From NCBI RefSeq assembly GCF_009914755.1, contig NC_060929.1: 64,000 nucleotides of DNA. One strand, given 5' to 3'. Source of the stretch: the human T2T-CHM13v2.0 reference genome, Homo sapiens. This document shows, in pieces, positions 14,303-30,030 of this stretch. The position numbers and the translations under genes are program-made. The notes beneath the pieces are model-generated. The model was not told the origin of the DNA. It made no database searches and saw only the letters and a program-made list of their open reading frames with translations. How positions within the stretch are numbered: position 1 is the stretch's first letter; each line of letters opens with the position of its first letter.

Positions 14303-16129
14303 TTAGAAAAGACTCATATAAATGGACAGAGCCAAAACAAAAGATGAGCTTATTGTTACAAAGATCTGCTTATTAGGGCATTGTGGCAGTGAGGAAGAGA
14401 TAAGGACTAAGATGAAGAGTAGATACATTTGATCAGAAACTTAGCTGTAACATGGCAAAGTCTTGAAACTTGAACTTTATTTTATTACTGTTTCCACGTG
14501 AGTTTCTGGACATCCACTGGGGCATGTCAAATTACAAAAATGACTGACTACTACTGGATATTTAGCCAGTGGATCTGCTAGTAGAGAAGCCCTGTTACAT
14601 GAAGAGAAATAAAAAAGCCCACAACTAAAACATCTAATAAAAGTAAATCTCCATGGATCAGTCACAATCATTTCTAATACACAAAAAATTGATGTATTAA
14701 GTGAAAGAGTTCAGGTAATGGATATGTCAGAAATTTACCATTTGATTCACTTGGAAATATTCCTGTCACCTTCTAACTAAAAATCCCAACTGATTTGTTA
14801 TTTTGGAATGACAACACCATGCTGTATCTCTTGGTTTTAAATTAGGCTCCTATAATCCATGTCTGACTTGATTATTTTCTTACTGGATCAATAGAATAGA
14901 AGTAATTCTGGAGCAAATGTACTCTGTAGTCTGAATGTATGGAATTCAAAACATGTCTATTGAAAAATTTAGTTAGATTCAATATTTTTTGGTGGAGAAA
15001 CTGGTTTGGAATTCAATATTATTAATATGAACTATTTATAATTTTGATTAGAATTTTTTCACATTCAGTTCATCCGTTTGAGTAAGATCAATTTCAAGGT
15101 ACTATAAAACTGACTGAGCATTTCTTTAAAGGCTTGAATATGTATTCTCTTTCCTTCTAAATTTGACTGTGCCATTTGGAGTTTTATACTTCATATTCTG
15201 TAAAATAAAATTGAAACATCTTTAGCCATCTGGTAGTTTTGTGGATAATTTAGCGTATATCCACTTGTGGCAGTTTCTTTCAAAGTAGTTCCTATTAAAC
15301 ACTGATCTTTAAGTATTGGAACTCTATTTGTAAATACAAACCCTTTGTAATTATCTATCTCCAGTTGTCCATAGGCTTTACTATAATTGAGGTAGCTACA
15401 GTCAATGAATACAAAATTTGAGATTCTTTCTCACTATGAAACTGCTGTTCCCTACATGTGATGGGTACAAGTGGTTAACCAGTAGATCCCTAGTTGCTGG
15501 AACCAAGGGGTGATTTGTGAGGAATACACAGAGATGGCTTTTTATCAGGTTGTACTTTGGTTAAATTTGCTTTTCCATTGTCAAAAGACTTTGCAGCCTT
15601 TGTAAACTCTTACAGCTCCTTGGTAACTCCGATGGTGAGTGAGACCTGAGTGAGAAACAACCTAGAAGGAGCTAGTGAGGCCATTCACAATGGATAGACA
15701 GTAAATTCACTGTGACATGTTTGATCATATCTAGAGTAGAAATTTTTTTAAAAGTGATGAGCAACAAAAAGCTTCTGAAATGTCAACCGAGGAATTACAG
15801 GGACCTATCATTTTTCCTAATGAATATAGAGAGAGTGATTGAAGCAAATGGCCATTTTATTGTCAATTGCTCTAGCAGTAGATCACATGGAGGAGTAGGG
15901 CATAACTTACAGGATAGTTATGACTGAAAATGAAGTTGAAATAAAATCCTCCAAGTGATATTAGGAATGGAAGACTTCTGCTTAGGAGCATGAATATGGA
16001 CTTGATACCAGAACCACACTGCATATTCCTTGTAGTAAAAACAGCTATGTAAAAGATAAGGTATAGATATGCACTATATCTATATATCAACCTCCATATT
16101 GAATATCTATATATCTATAATATCTCCAT

Positions 16130-16375
16130 ATATATATAATGCTCACCTAGTCATCTTGATATATATGAATATTCATATATTCATATATATCATATATATG
16201 AATATTCATATATTCATATATATCATATATATGAATATTCATATATTCATATATATCATATATATGAATATATATGAATATATATATTCATGTTGAATAT
16301 ATATATTCAACATATATATTCATATATATAATGCTCACCTATACATTATATGTATATATATAATGCTCACCTATT
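16130..16375. repeat. AT-rich palindromic minisatellite (33-bp unit x~3 plus variants)
   Basis: atatatatgaatattcatatattcatatatatc repeated; tataatgctcaccta occurs three times. Confidence 0.9.
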
Positions 16376-16716
16376 CATCTGCAAACATGTCTCACCAGTA
16401 ATCACTAGTGATATCACTAGCACTGTGATTATATTAATAGAGTGGAATATGTGTGTGTATGTGTGACTAAGGGTGTAAATGTCCAGTGACTATTATGACT
16501 ATTGATTAAGTAATTGAAAGCTCAGAGTTTAGTTACCTGAATATCTCAGATCTTCTAGGAGTAGAACCAGCAGTTGAAAGCAGATGAATCCATGATTTTT
16601 CACGAATATACAGACTTTCTGATGTATGTATGTGTATGTGGAGGGGGGAAGTAATCATATAAAGGCATACTTACCATTTTTGCATTTTTGTCTCGGATAG
16701 GTATAAATATAGGTAT

Positions 16717-17214
16717 CTGTTGACCTTTGAACAACACTAGGGGTGGTACATTGTCTCCTGTGCAGCTGAAAATCCACTATAACTTCTGACTTACCCAAAA
16801 CTTAACTACTAATAGCCTACTGTTGACTAGAAGACTTATCAATAACATTTAACAGTCAATTAACATATATTGTGTATGTTATATGTATTATATACATTAT
16901 TGTACAATAAAGCAAGATAGCAAAAATCTAATGTTACTAAGAAAGTCATGAGGAAGACTATATATATATATGTAGAGTCTATAGAAGACTATATAGAAGA
17001 CTATATATGTTTTACATATATGTATATACTATTCATTAAGTGAAGGTGATCATCATAAATATTTTTATACTCATTGTCTTCATGGCTAGTGGACTTAGGA
17101 GGAGGAGGAAGAGAAGGAGTTGGTCTTGCTTTCTCAGGAGCAGCAGAGGCAGCAGAAAATTCATGTATATGTGGATCCAGGCAGTTCAAACCTATGTTGT
17201 TCAAGGATCAACTG
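16717..17214 (-). mobile_element. Tigger2a (MER28) non-autonomous DNA transposon
   Basis: TIRs ctgttgacctttgaacaaca / tgttgttcaaggatcaactg followed by TA; internal ggaggaggaagagaaggagttggtcttgct. Confidence 0.88.
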
Positions 17215-17812
17215 TATGTTTGTGTGTCTATATTTCTCCCGTATATATGCACTATACCTGTATATCAAGATCCATGTTGAACATCTATATATCTATATCT
17301 CCATATCTATATATGAAGCTCCATCTATTCATCTGCAAATATTTCTCATGAGTAATCACTAGTGAGATCACTAGCACTGTGATTATATCAATAGAGTGGA
17401 ATATGTGTGTGTATGTGTGACTTAAGGGTGTAAATGTCCACTGGCTATTATGACCTGTATATATTTATTTGCAATAATGATGAAGACCATTATATATGAT
17501 TTAAGAAAAAAAACAAATAAAATACTCTAAATGCAAGCAGAAAAAAAATTATAAAATGAAAATGCAATTGGATTAGAAATCAGATGCCTGGGGTTCTTAC
17601 TTTACTTGCCGGTTGCTAGAAAGATAAAAACAGAAAAAATATGGCAGTAACAAACCCTTACACATTTCCTGAATATTAATATACTACATTGTCACTCATT
17701 AAAAAACAATACTTGTAAACAATGGAAGATAACTATTTATAGGCATCGTGGCTTATACTGTTGTTTTGGGGAAACTAGTGCTTGGAATTACTATAAACAT
17801 TCTTTTGTATAT

Positions 17813-18323
17813 AGTAATGAGTGCAGGTTCAGTCCCTCACCGCTTGCAGAGTCTAATGAACAAGAGTGGCATACATTAGAAAGAAAGTGACTTTATTAAC
17901 CAAAACTAGTAATGGGGAAGTAGCCAGATTCTCATCCAAATTAACCATATGTCCTGTTCTAGTGGCTATCTTGGGGTCCTATATGGACTTAGATCTCGGG
18001 CTAGCATCATTTCAACAATGTCCAGGTTGATGACTAGCCACACTGAAGTAATCTCAGGTATTTTACAGCCGAGTCTCTAGGCTTGTTCTGTCTGTCTCAA
18101 GATTAGCCCCTGGAACTTCTAGGAAGGCAAATAATTCGATACTAGCATACAGTCAGATAAATGTGAAGGAAGTATAAATGGTGAGAAAGGGAGGGATGTA
18201 GAATCTATTTTAAGCCTAAAGGAAAAGGCTTCTGCAGTTTACTTCAAGATTGTATGTTGAAACCCAAGAGAAAGGAAAAAACAAGTTTTAAAATGCATCG
18301 TGAAGTAAAGCTGCCCAGTTACA
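17813..18323 (-). mobile_element. ERV1-class solo LTR (subfamily uncertain)
   Basis: Ends agtaatgagtgcagg...ccagttaca; 4-bp tata flanks; minus-strand AATAAA near 17892. Confidence 0.6.
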
Positions 18324-19509
18324 TATACATAAATACAAAATTAAAATTATTTGTGTGTCTGTGTGTATGAGTATTCTTAGATATATTTACATATTGACAC
18401 CAAATTTGCTTTTTAGGTAAAATACATCTCTATAAATTAGATATTTAATAGAATATTGCTATAAAGTATATTGATTTATAAATTTGCTAGAAAAGGCTCT
18501 TAGCTCTTGTATAAACAAAAAATATGGTTTGACAATTAGGCAAGTATATTTTTTAATACTTAATAAACTCCAGGTCCCCACATCTTTAGTTTATTAAGCA
18601 TATCTGAATAAACTTAATTTCCTCTTATGGCAGTGTATAGGAAATATGCCATAAAATGGCAAATTGATAAATGTTTGTTACATTTATTTGTATGGATATC
18701 TAAATGAGAAAATTTTTGTATCCAAAAGAGGATACGATTACTTGAATACAGGGCGGTAAAATTCTAGAAATGAGTTGAGGTATAAATGTTTGTGTATGGT
18801 CTAATGATGCAACACTATATTAAAATATGTACAATCTGCCCAATCAAATAATTTGAAATTTGGGGGACTATGCACAATATCAAAGCAAAGTCATTAGATT
18901 TCCAAACCTAAAACTTGCTGAAAAAAATTACTCAAATTCATGCTTTAACCTTATTACTGCTGACCTTTGCCCACAGAGCCAAAACTCTGAATATCAAATC
19001 CTTGACTACTGAGAATACTATATTGAAAACTCCTTTGCATGCCAGTCCATTTTATTTCATGCATTTGAACTGGAAAGTTTCTGCTTTACCTGATTGAAAT
19101 CTTGTCATCCTGCCTTTGTTCAGTTAATAGAGTTGAATAGTTTATTTGCCTTTCAATCTCCTGGAAAAAAAAAAAGACAGTTATCCTTTTAATGTTTTCC
19201 AGAACTTCTAAGGAAAATGCAGCTATATTTTTCCATAATTTTATACATGCCTTTTTTATAATACATCTCAACAAAACATGCTTCTCTGTTCTTCCTGGGA
19301 ACATAAGTAGATACAATTTTTCAGGCTTTTTACAATTACACATAATAATATGAATTATTTCTACCAAATTAAATTTAAACACAAGTGATGTGTTCATGCT
19401 TGTGTTCTTTTGCATTTCTTTGTGCAAGAAATTCTTTAGCATTTCTCTGTAATCTTCTTTCCTTCTGGCTGAATGAAATCGGGACAATTATGGTAAAAAT
19501 CATAATTAT

Positions 19510-19695
19510 AAATTTAAGATGACAGAGCTACTGTCATTCTTGGTCCTTGAATAACTGTGTCCAGGAAAGTAGTCACCCCTGTCAAATAGTACAATTTTAT
19601 TTTGACTGTGAAAGTTGAAACTATTTTTATATTTTATTTATTATACATCTTGTAGGTTATCTCTTACAGCAGCATGGATTATCCTATACAATAAC
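19510..19695 (+). mobile_element. Old MLT1 (H/I/J-like) LTR fragment
   Basis: aagatgacagagc...ggtccttgaataactgtgt...ttacagcagca resembles an MLT1 3' half. Confidence 0.45.
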
Positions 19696-20824
19696 AAAAC
19701 TATTGGATCTCATTTTCATCTTATCCCCATTGTGGAATTTTTAGTCTGTAAAATATTCCTTAATAAAGGAGTAATCATATAGAAACAGTTGAACTATAAA
19801 TTTCTGCAACTGAAGATGAAAAGTAGGTTTAATAGTATCCGATCATAAAGATGATCAACTAGTCCATCAGTGAATGCCACTTATGTTAGATATAGATTTG
19901 TATTTTACCTATATTTACCTGCATACCAGAGATGATATTTGCAATATCTTACAATTTAAAAACTTATCAGAGATACTTCAACATTTGGGTAGATAAAGTA
20001 GGTCACGGCAGGCCAGTGCTCCTCCTGCAAGAAATAGAAAAAATTGTATTAATTACAAATACACATGCACACACGCACACACACACATATATATGTTGTA
20101 TATGTATATACACACGTGCAAACACACACACATAATTTGAAGGTACCATAGTGAAACAAGATAATCTTTAATTGTAGATGGAAGATATATAGTTTCACAG
20201 TGAAATAATGATCTTCTGTCTCTTTTTTCCCATTGTGTGGGCATTCTAACTAGTGAAATAAGTAAATTTAAAGGGTTATTAAAGTCTTACGAACTGAAAC
20301 ACAACTAAAGCACCTTTTAATCAGTGTGATTGGGTTTCTAAAAAATGTAAAATAATCTAAATAGATTATAACTTTTAATAAGTAAGTTTAGTAATGTTGC
20401 TGGATATAAGCTCTCTAAAAAAAACAATTTACTTCTATATACCAGCAACAAATAGTCCAATAACAAAAAAATAAAATATGATGCTATTTACAGTAACATT
20501 AAAAATGCAAATCCGTCTAGGATAGCACAGCCAAATACACCTTTTCCCTTTTGCCTCCTAATTTAGTAGATTAGTTTTCAGTAGTTTTAAACATTGATGT
20601 GAAATAATCTCAGCCTATAGGGAACAACATCAGCGGGCTTTGCTGACTTGCAAAATCTAATTTGTTATACAGATGAGAAAATTGGCAAAATCACAAAAAT
20701 TATTATAAGCATGTTGCATTAACCATTTGATTTGGATGGCATAACCTTAGTATTTTACTATAATCGGAGAGGCAAAGTGTCAAATCAGAGTGCTCCCCAA
20801 TTACTAGAACATCCATAGCAATTA

Positions 20825-21220
20825 ATTTTATTTTTAATTTCAATTTTTATTTTAAATTCAGGGAGTCGTGTGCAAGTTCGTTATAAGGGTACATTGGATG
20901 ATGCTGAGGCTTGGGGTGTGATTGAACCCATCACCTAGGTAATAAGCACAGTAGAAAATAGGTAGTTTTTCTAACCTTGTCCCCTGTTTCTCGTCCCCCC
21001 CCTTTGTTTTTTATAGTGATTAGTGTCTATTGTTTCCATCTTTATGTCCCCATGTACCCAAGGTTTAATTTCAATTTATATGAGAGAACAGGAGGTATAT
21101 AGCTTTCTGATTCTGTGTTAGTTTACTTAGGATAATGACCTTCCAGTGCATCCATATTGCTGCAAAGGACCTAACTTAATTCTTTATTGTGACTTCATAG
21201 TACTCCATCGTATATATGCA
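20825..21220 (-). mobile_element. L1PA16/PB-like 3' end
   Basis: gatgctgaggcttggggtgtgattgaacccatcacctagg...gctgcaaaggac. Confidence 0.8.
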
Positions 21221-21289
21221 GCATCTCACCCACTTGGTTCATTGTTGCCAAAGCTCACTGATTCCACATTTAAAATCTTGAATCCAATT

Positions 21290-21770
21290 TTATGATTTTT
21301 GATCAACATAGTTGAGATATACTTTACATAAAACAAATTGAAACATTTAAATTATCCAGTTTGATGAGTTTTGACAAATGTATGCACCATGTCACCACTA
21401 CCCCAATAAATATATAGAATCGTTTTTTGCTCCAAAAAGTTATCTTTTGCCACTTTGCAGTCAATTCCACTACTGTCTTGCACTCCCCACTCCAGGCAGC
21501 CATTAATTTGATATCTATCATCATAAACTGATTTTGCTTGTTCTAGAACTTTCTATAAATGGAATCATAGAATACACATTTTTATTTATCTAGGTTCCTT
21601 TGCTCAGCAACTGTTTGTGACTCATCTCTGTTGTTGTGTGTATCATTAATTTGTTCCTTTTAAATTCAAATAGTGTTCTATTGTATGGAAGTACCACAAT
21701 TTTTATTATTTATTCAGCTACTGATGATTTGTGTCCAGCTTACAGCTGTCAGAAATAAAGCTACTATGAA
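21290..21770 (-). mobile_element. L1M (MD/ME) 3' end
   Basis: tttgatgagttttgacaaatgtatgcaccatgtcaccac...ttctagaactttctataaatggaatcatag. Confidence 0.75.
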
Positions 21771-22967
21771 TAATTCAAAAAATTAAATATTAAGAAAAAT
21801 ATCTGATAAAATACAAATATTTACCTCAGAAACTACACAACTTTCTTGGTAGAAGTAAAATATTTTAATAAACAAAGAGATATACCAAGTTCATGAATTA
21901 CAAAACTTGATATTGTAAAAAGATTATTTATTTTCCCCCAAATAAATATACTTAACATGATTCTTCATCAAATCCCAACAAGCATTTGCTAAAATTTACC
22001 ATCTAACTCTAAGTATATGGAAATGTCAAAGGCCATGACTAATCAAGGCAAATTACAAGAACAAAGTGGGAGATCAGACACTACCTGATATCCAGACTTA
22101 TTATAAAATTACAGTATATAAGGCATTGTGGCATTGTTGTAATTGCTGTAAGCCTAAATACACTGAGCATTGGAATAAAATTGAATCCCAAAGAGAAGCA
22201 CATACATGATTAATTAATTTACAACTAAGACAACAGTACAGTGCAATGAGAAAAGGATAGTACTTTCAATAAATTTTCTGGAAGTATCATTGGGCATCCA
22301 TATAAAAAATGAATCATGTTCCATACCTTGCACCATCCATAGTAATACATTCCATATATAGTTAACATGTAAACATTAGAATTAAAACTAAAAAGCTTTT
22401 AGAGGACAAAATCATTGTGAACTTGAAGTAGACAAATATTTTGAAAACAGGAGAAGAAAAGCACTTTTTCTAATTAAAAAAAGCAGATAGAGTATACTGA
22501 AAATAAGCACTTCAGACTATGACAATAATATTCAAGTAGTGAGATGCAAGCCACACAATGGAAGGCAATCTTTATAATAGCCATATTTAGTATAAAGAAC
22601 ATGCATAAATCACTTTTATAAACCAGATAAACCAATGGAAACCTGGCAAAATTTTAAACTTTTGAAACTGCACATAAGAGAATGTGGAGATGGCCAGCAA
22701 ACATGAAAAAATGTTTGACTTCATTAGCTGCCAGAGAAATGCAAATTTTTCCCAAAATGCGATACATCTACATCCTCTCCAGAATTATTAAAATGTAAAA
22801 AGATGAAAAGCACTAAACGTTGGCAAGGTGGTAGAGCTACCGGAATTACCATAGTGTCAGAGTATAAATTTGTTTAAAATAAAATTCTACACCTATGATA
22901 ATGTAAACCAAGCCAACTAGACTCTTTGAAATGTTCTTTGGCAATATTTACTATGGTAAAGTTAAAA

Positions 22968-23045
22968 TTATATATGTATATGTGTATATATATATATGCA
23001 TGCACGTGTGTGTGTGTGTGTGTGTGCGCGTGTGTGTGTGTGTAT
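22968..23045. repeat. (TA)n/(TG)n compound microsatellite
   Basis: Directly visible dinucleotide runs. Confidence 0.9.
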
Positions 23046-23959
23046 GCCTGAGGGCCAATTGATTCTACTCTGGATTTATACCTCATAAAATTAAGTTCAG
23101 ATGTTTACCAAAAACAGGTACTATAATGTTCACATCAGTAGTATTGCCATAGCTTTAAATTGAAAACTTCTCATATTCTAACAAAAGTAGAATGGAAACA
23201 AATGTGGCATATTCACAAAGGAGAATATATAGTACTGAGTATGAGTTATCTGCAACTACAATGACGATATGAATCTTTCAAACATAATAGTAATCAAAAA
23301 TTAACAATGTGTATAAACAAGTACATAACTTCTTTGATTCAAAAATACACATTAGGAAAAACTAATCTATGCTGATAGAAGTCAGGAAAACGGTTACCCT
23401 TGAGAAATAGTATCGACTGGACAGGAAATCAAAAGGCATTCTAGAGTGTTAATGGGTCTGTTTATCGATCTGGCTCCTAAGTATTTAAATATGTTCAATT
23501 TTTAATACCTCATTTAATTATACATTGGGATACATGTAATTTGTGAGTGCTTACTACAATCTAATATAAAGCATACAATTATTATGATAGGTTATTTAAC
23601 TGAATTATTTAAGTAAATCATAAAATGATGTTATAACTTGGTTATTATAATTAAAAATACTATATCCCAGTAAGCCGACACAGGCAACAGGCAGAAAATG
23701 AGAAGTAGAACACAGCTATTGTGATTTACTATCCAGTTATATTTTAAAAATAGTATTCCTCTCTTTTTACTTGGAAGATTCATTTTTTTTGCCGTTGTTA
23801 AAAGGCTTTTTGTCTGACAATTACTGTTTTTAAATATTCAAGGTTTAACTCCTTGTCGTATCTGAAAATCAAGGAAATATCAACATATATTCTCTCTGCT
23901 CTAGAGAAATCTGCATTTTACCCAGTTTCTGTAAAGTGTGTGATATCTTACCTTATTTG

Positions 23960-25190
<1,231 letters not shown>

Positions 25191-26147
25191 TCCTCTCAGT
25201 GCTGATGTCAGAGATGTACACTCTTTCATAGTGCAGAAATAACTTGAGCCAGAAGGGTTTAGGTAGGAGGAAGGACAGCATTATTAACTTTTCAAATCCT
25301 TCTCAGATATCTTATTTGCCATTGGTTATTTCATAATTGAGTATGTTCCAATAGTGCTTAATATTTATCAACTTTCTTTTCTTTTCTCTCTAATTTGTGG
25401 TTCCAGACATAGATCTAGATATAGCAAAGATTAAGTGGGATAAAATTCTTTACATGGGTAACTAGATAGAACTGTAAATTGTAAAAATTTCACTAGATCT
25501 AAACATTTAATAAAATTTAAATTTTACATTTTAAATACTGAATAAAATAACCTTTATTCAAATAGTTTATATTTTTATATTTATTAAGCACAATGCATAC
25601 ATGTTTTAAAACTTATGCAAACTTTGAATGTCTTAAAAAATCTTTGTTACAAATGAAAATATATTTTACTTTAACATTCTGTTTATTAAAACTATATATA
25701 AATTTAGAGTACTGTGAATAAATTTTTTATCTTTTTGATATTTTAAAATGAGTAAGAGTTAAGATTATTTTTGTCTACTTTCAATTATATAAGACACTTT
25801 AAAAACAATTCTGTCTCTCTGAAGGCATATTTGTCAAAGATTTTATTTGTTTGTTGAATCTATTTTTTTAAATCAATACATAGATTATGGCAGGTGTGAT
25901 CCTGATTTTTCTCTTGATGTAAGGCCCACAAGTGTTATGGGAAGGCTTGTTCTTTCTTCCTCAGTTGTCCCTTTCCTTATTCCATGACACATTAGTAGCT
26001 GCTAAGCCAAGATAGAGGGGCTTAAGGCCCCATGCAACTTATAAATACATCCAGCAGCCTGACCAGTGAACCGTTTTTAAAAAAAATTCTTTATTAAATT
26101 TTATTTTTATTTTAATAATTTTTGGGGTACAGGCCATTTTTGGTTAC

Positions 26148-26543
26148 TAGTATGGTTTGGCTGTGTCCCCACCCAAATCTCATCTTGAATTGTAGCTTCC
26201 ACAATTTCCACATGTCATGGGAGGGACCTAGTGAGAGGTAATCAAATCATGGGGGCGGGTCTTTCCCATACTGCTCTTGTGATAATGAATAAGTCTCACT
26301 TGAGATCTGAAGGTTTTATAAGGGGGAGTTTCCCTGCACAAGCTATCTCATTTTCTCTTGCTTGCCATTATGAAAGACGTGACTTTCACCTTCCACCATG
26401 ATTCTGAGGCCTGCATGGCCACGTGGAACTGTGAGTCCATTAAATTTTTTTTGCTTTTCTTTTTGATATTTTAAAATGAGTAAGAGTTAAGATACCCATT
26501 CTTAGGTATCTCTTTATAAGCAGTGTGAAAACGGACTAATATA
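26148..26543 (+). mobile_element. THE1 (B/C-like) solo LTR
   Basis: tatggtttggctgtgtccccacccaaatctc...aaaacggactaatata; perfect 5-bp TSD gttac. Confidence 0.92.
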
Positions 26544-26560
26544 GTTACATAAATATATTC

Positions 26561-26878
26561 TTTTCTTTTTCTTTTTTTTTGAGACAGGGTCTTCCTCTGT
26601 CACTCAGGCTGACACAAGCTTGGCTCATTCAACCTCCACCTCCTAGGATCAAACAATCTTCCCATCTCAGTCCCTGAGTAGCTAGGACCTCAGCTGCATG
26701 CCACCACACCTAATTTTTTTTTTTTTTTTGGTGTGCTTTTTTTTGTTTTTTGTTTTTTGTTTTTTAGAGATGGGTTTCACCATGGCTAGGCTGGTCTCAA
26801 ACTCCTGAACTCAAGTGGTCAGCCCGCCTTGGCCTCCCAAAGTGCTTGGAATTACATGTGTGAGCCACCATTCCCAGC
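26561..26878 (-). mobile_element. AluJ-like, diverged
   Basis: gagacagggtc...ctcctgaactcaagtg...gagccaccattcccagc. Confidence 0.9.
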
Positions 26879-27170
26879 AAGGATAAGTTCTTTAGTGATG
26901 ATTTCTGAGATATTAATGTACTCGTCACCTAAGCAGTGTACACTGTACCCAATATATAGTCTTTTATCCCTCACCCCCTCAACCATCCCCCTTCAGTCCC
27001 TGAAGTCCATCGTTCTTATGCCTTTGCATCCTTACAGCTAAGCTCCCACTTATAAATGAGAACATACCACATGTGATTTACCACTCCTGAGTTACTTGGC
27101 TTAGAATAATGGCCTTGAGCTCCATCCAAGTCACTGCAAAAGGTATTATTTAGTTCCTTTTTATGGCTGA

Positions 27171-27508
<338 letters not shown>

Positions 27509-27559
27509 ATTTTCTTTATCTGCTCATTGGTGGATGAGTATTTAGGTTGTTTCCATATC

Positions 27560-27635
27560 TTTTTTTTTTTTTTTTTGAGACGGAGTCTCACTCTGTCGCC
27601 CAGTGGCGTGATCTTGGCTCACTGCAAGCTCCGCC
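27560..27635 (-). mobile_element. Severely 5'-truncated AluY
   Basis: TSD ccatatcttt on both sides; gcaagctccgcc diagnostic. Confidence 0.88.
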
Positions 27636-28326
27636 ATATCTTTGCAATTACGAATTGTGCTGCTCTGAACGTGTATGTGCATGTGTCTTGTGCATATAAG
27701 ATTTCTTTTCCTTTGAGTAGATGTCCAGTAGTGGAACTGCTGTATTGAAATGTAGATCTTCTTTTCGATTCTTAATGAATCTCCACACTGTTTTCCATAG
27801 TGGTTGTACTAGATTATATTCCTGTCAGCAGTGTGAAAGTGTTCCCTTTTCACCACATACATGCCGACATCTACTGTTTTTCAACTTTTTAATTATGGCC
27901 ATTCTTGCAGGAGTTAAGTGGTATCTCATTGAGGTTTAAATTTGCATTTCTCTGATAATTGGTGATGTTGGCCCTCTTTCATATGTTTCTTGGCTATTTG
28001 TATTTCATCTTTTGAGAATTATCTATTCTCGTCCTTTGCCCACTTTTTGATAGGATTATTTGTTTTTCTCTTGCTGATTTGTTTGAGTTCCTTGTAGATT
28101 CTGGATATTAGTCCTTTGTTAGATGCATAGTTTGCAAATATTTTCTCCCACTTTGTGGGTTGTCTGTTTATTCTGCTGATTATTTCTTTTGCTGTGCAGA
28201 AGCTTTTTAGTTTAATGAGGTCCCATTTATTTATTTTTGGTTTTGCTGCATTTGTTTGTGGAATCTCAGTCATGAATTCTCTGCCTAAGCCAATGTCTAG
28301 AAGAGCTTTTCTGATGTTTAGTCTAG

Positions 28327-28623
<297 letters not shown>

Positions 28624-29654
28624 GTATTCTAGAATTTTTATGGTTTCAGGTCTTAGATTTAGGTCTTTGATCAATCTCAAGTTGATTTTTGGATAAGAAG
28701 AGGGATGAGGATCCAGTTTCATTCTTCTACATGTCCTTGCCAGTTTTCCCAGCACCATTTATTAAAGGGGTTATCTTTTCCCCACTTTATGTTTTTGTAT
28801 GCTTTGTCAAAAATCAGTTAGCTATTAGTATTTGGCTTTATTTCTGAGTCCTCTCTTTTGTCCCATTAGTCAACATGCCTATATTTATACCAGTACCATC
28901 TTGTGTTTTTAACTATAGCCTTGTAGTATAATTTGAAGTTGGGTAATGTGATGCCTCTAGATTTGTTCTTTTCAATTAGTATTACTTTGGCTATGTGGGC
29001 TCTTGTTTGGTTCCATATGAATTTTAGAATTTTTTTTTCTAGTTCAGTGAAGAATCATGATAATATTTTAACAGGAATTGCGTTGAATCAGTAGATTGCT
29101 TTGGGCAGTATGGTCATTTTCACAATATTGATACTTTCCATTCACGAACATGGGATGTGTTTCCATTTGTGTCATCTATTATTTCTTTGAACAGTGTTTA
29201 GTAGTTTTCCTTACAGCGATCTTTCAAACCTTGGCTAAGTATATTTCTAAAGAAGTATATTTAGAAATTTGAGTTCTTGATTTGATTCTCAGCATGGTTA
29301 TTGTTGTATAGCAGTACTACTAATTTGTGTACATTGATTTTGTATCCTGAGACTTTACTTAACTTGTTTATCAGAATTAGGAGCTTCTTAGATGAGTCTT
29401 TATAGTTTTCTAGGTATATGATCATACCATCAGTGAACAATGACAGTTTGACTTTCTCTGTCAATTTGGATACCCTTTTTTTTCTTTCCCTTGTCTGACT
29501 GCTCCGGCCAGAGCTTCTAGCACTATGTTGAATAGAAGTGGGGAACGTGGGCATCTTTGTCTTGTTTCAGTTCTCAGGGAGAATGTTTTCAACTTTTCCC
29601 CATGCAGTATGATGTTGACTGTGTGTTTGTCATACATGGTTTTTATTACTTTGA

Positions 29655-30030
<376 letters not shown>

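Larger units (their letters stand above)
20350..23570 (+). mobile_element. Ancient L1M(E) ORF2/3' fragment, interrupted at ~20520-21770
   Basis: Degenerate ORF2 motifs (gttgctggatataag, gatataccaagttcatgaatt, gagaaatgcaaatt) colinear on either side of the gap. Confidence 0.7.

Noticed and set aside
16130-16375. CRISPR-like array of palindromic repeats
   Set aside because: No unique spacers, low-complexity AT units, no cas genes, primate context.
19086-19487. 133-aa minus-strand ORF
   Set aside because: Non-ATG start, AT-driven composition, crosses a homopolymer run, no recognisable motif.
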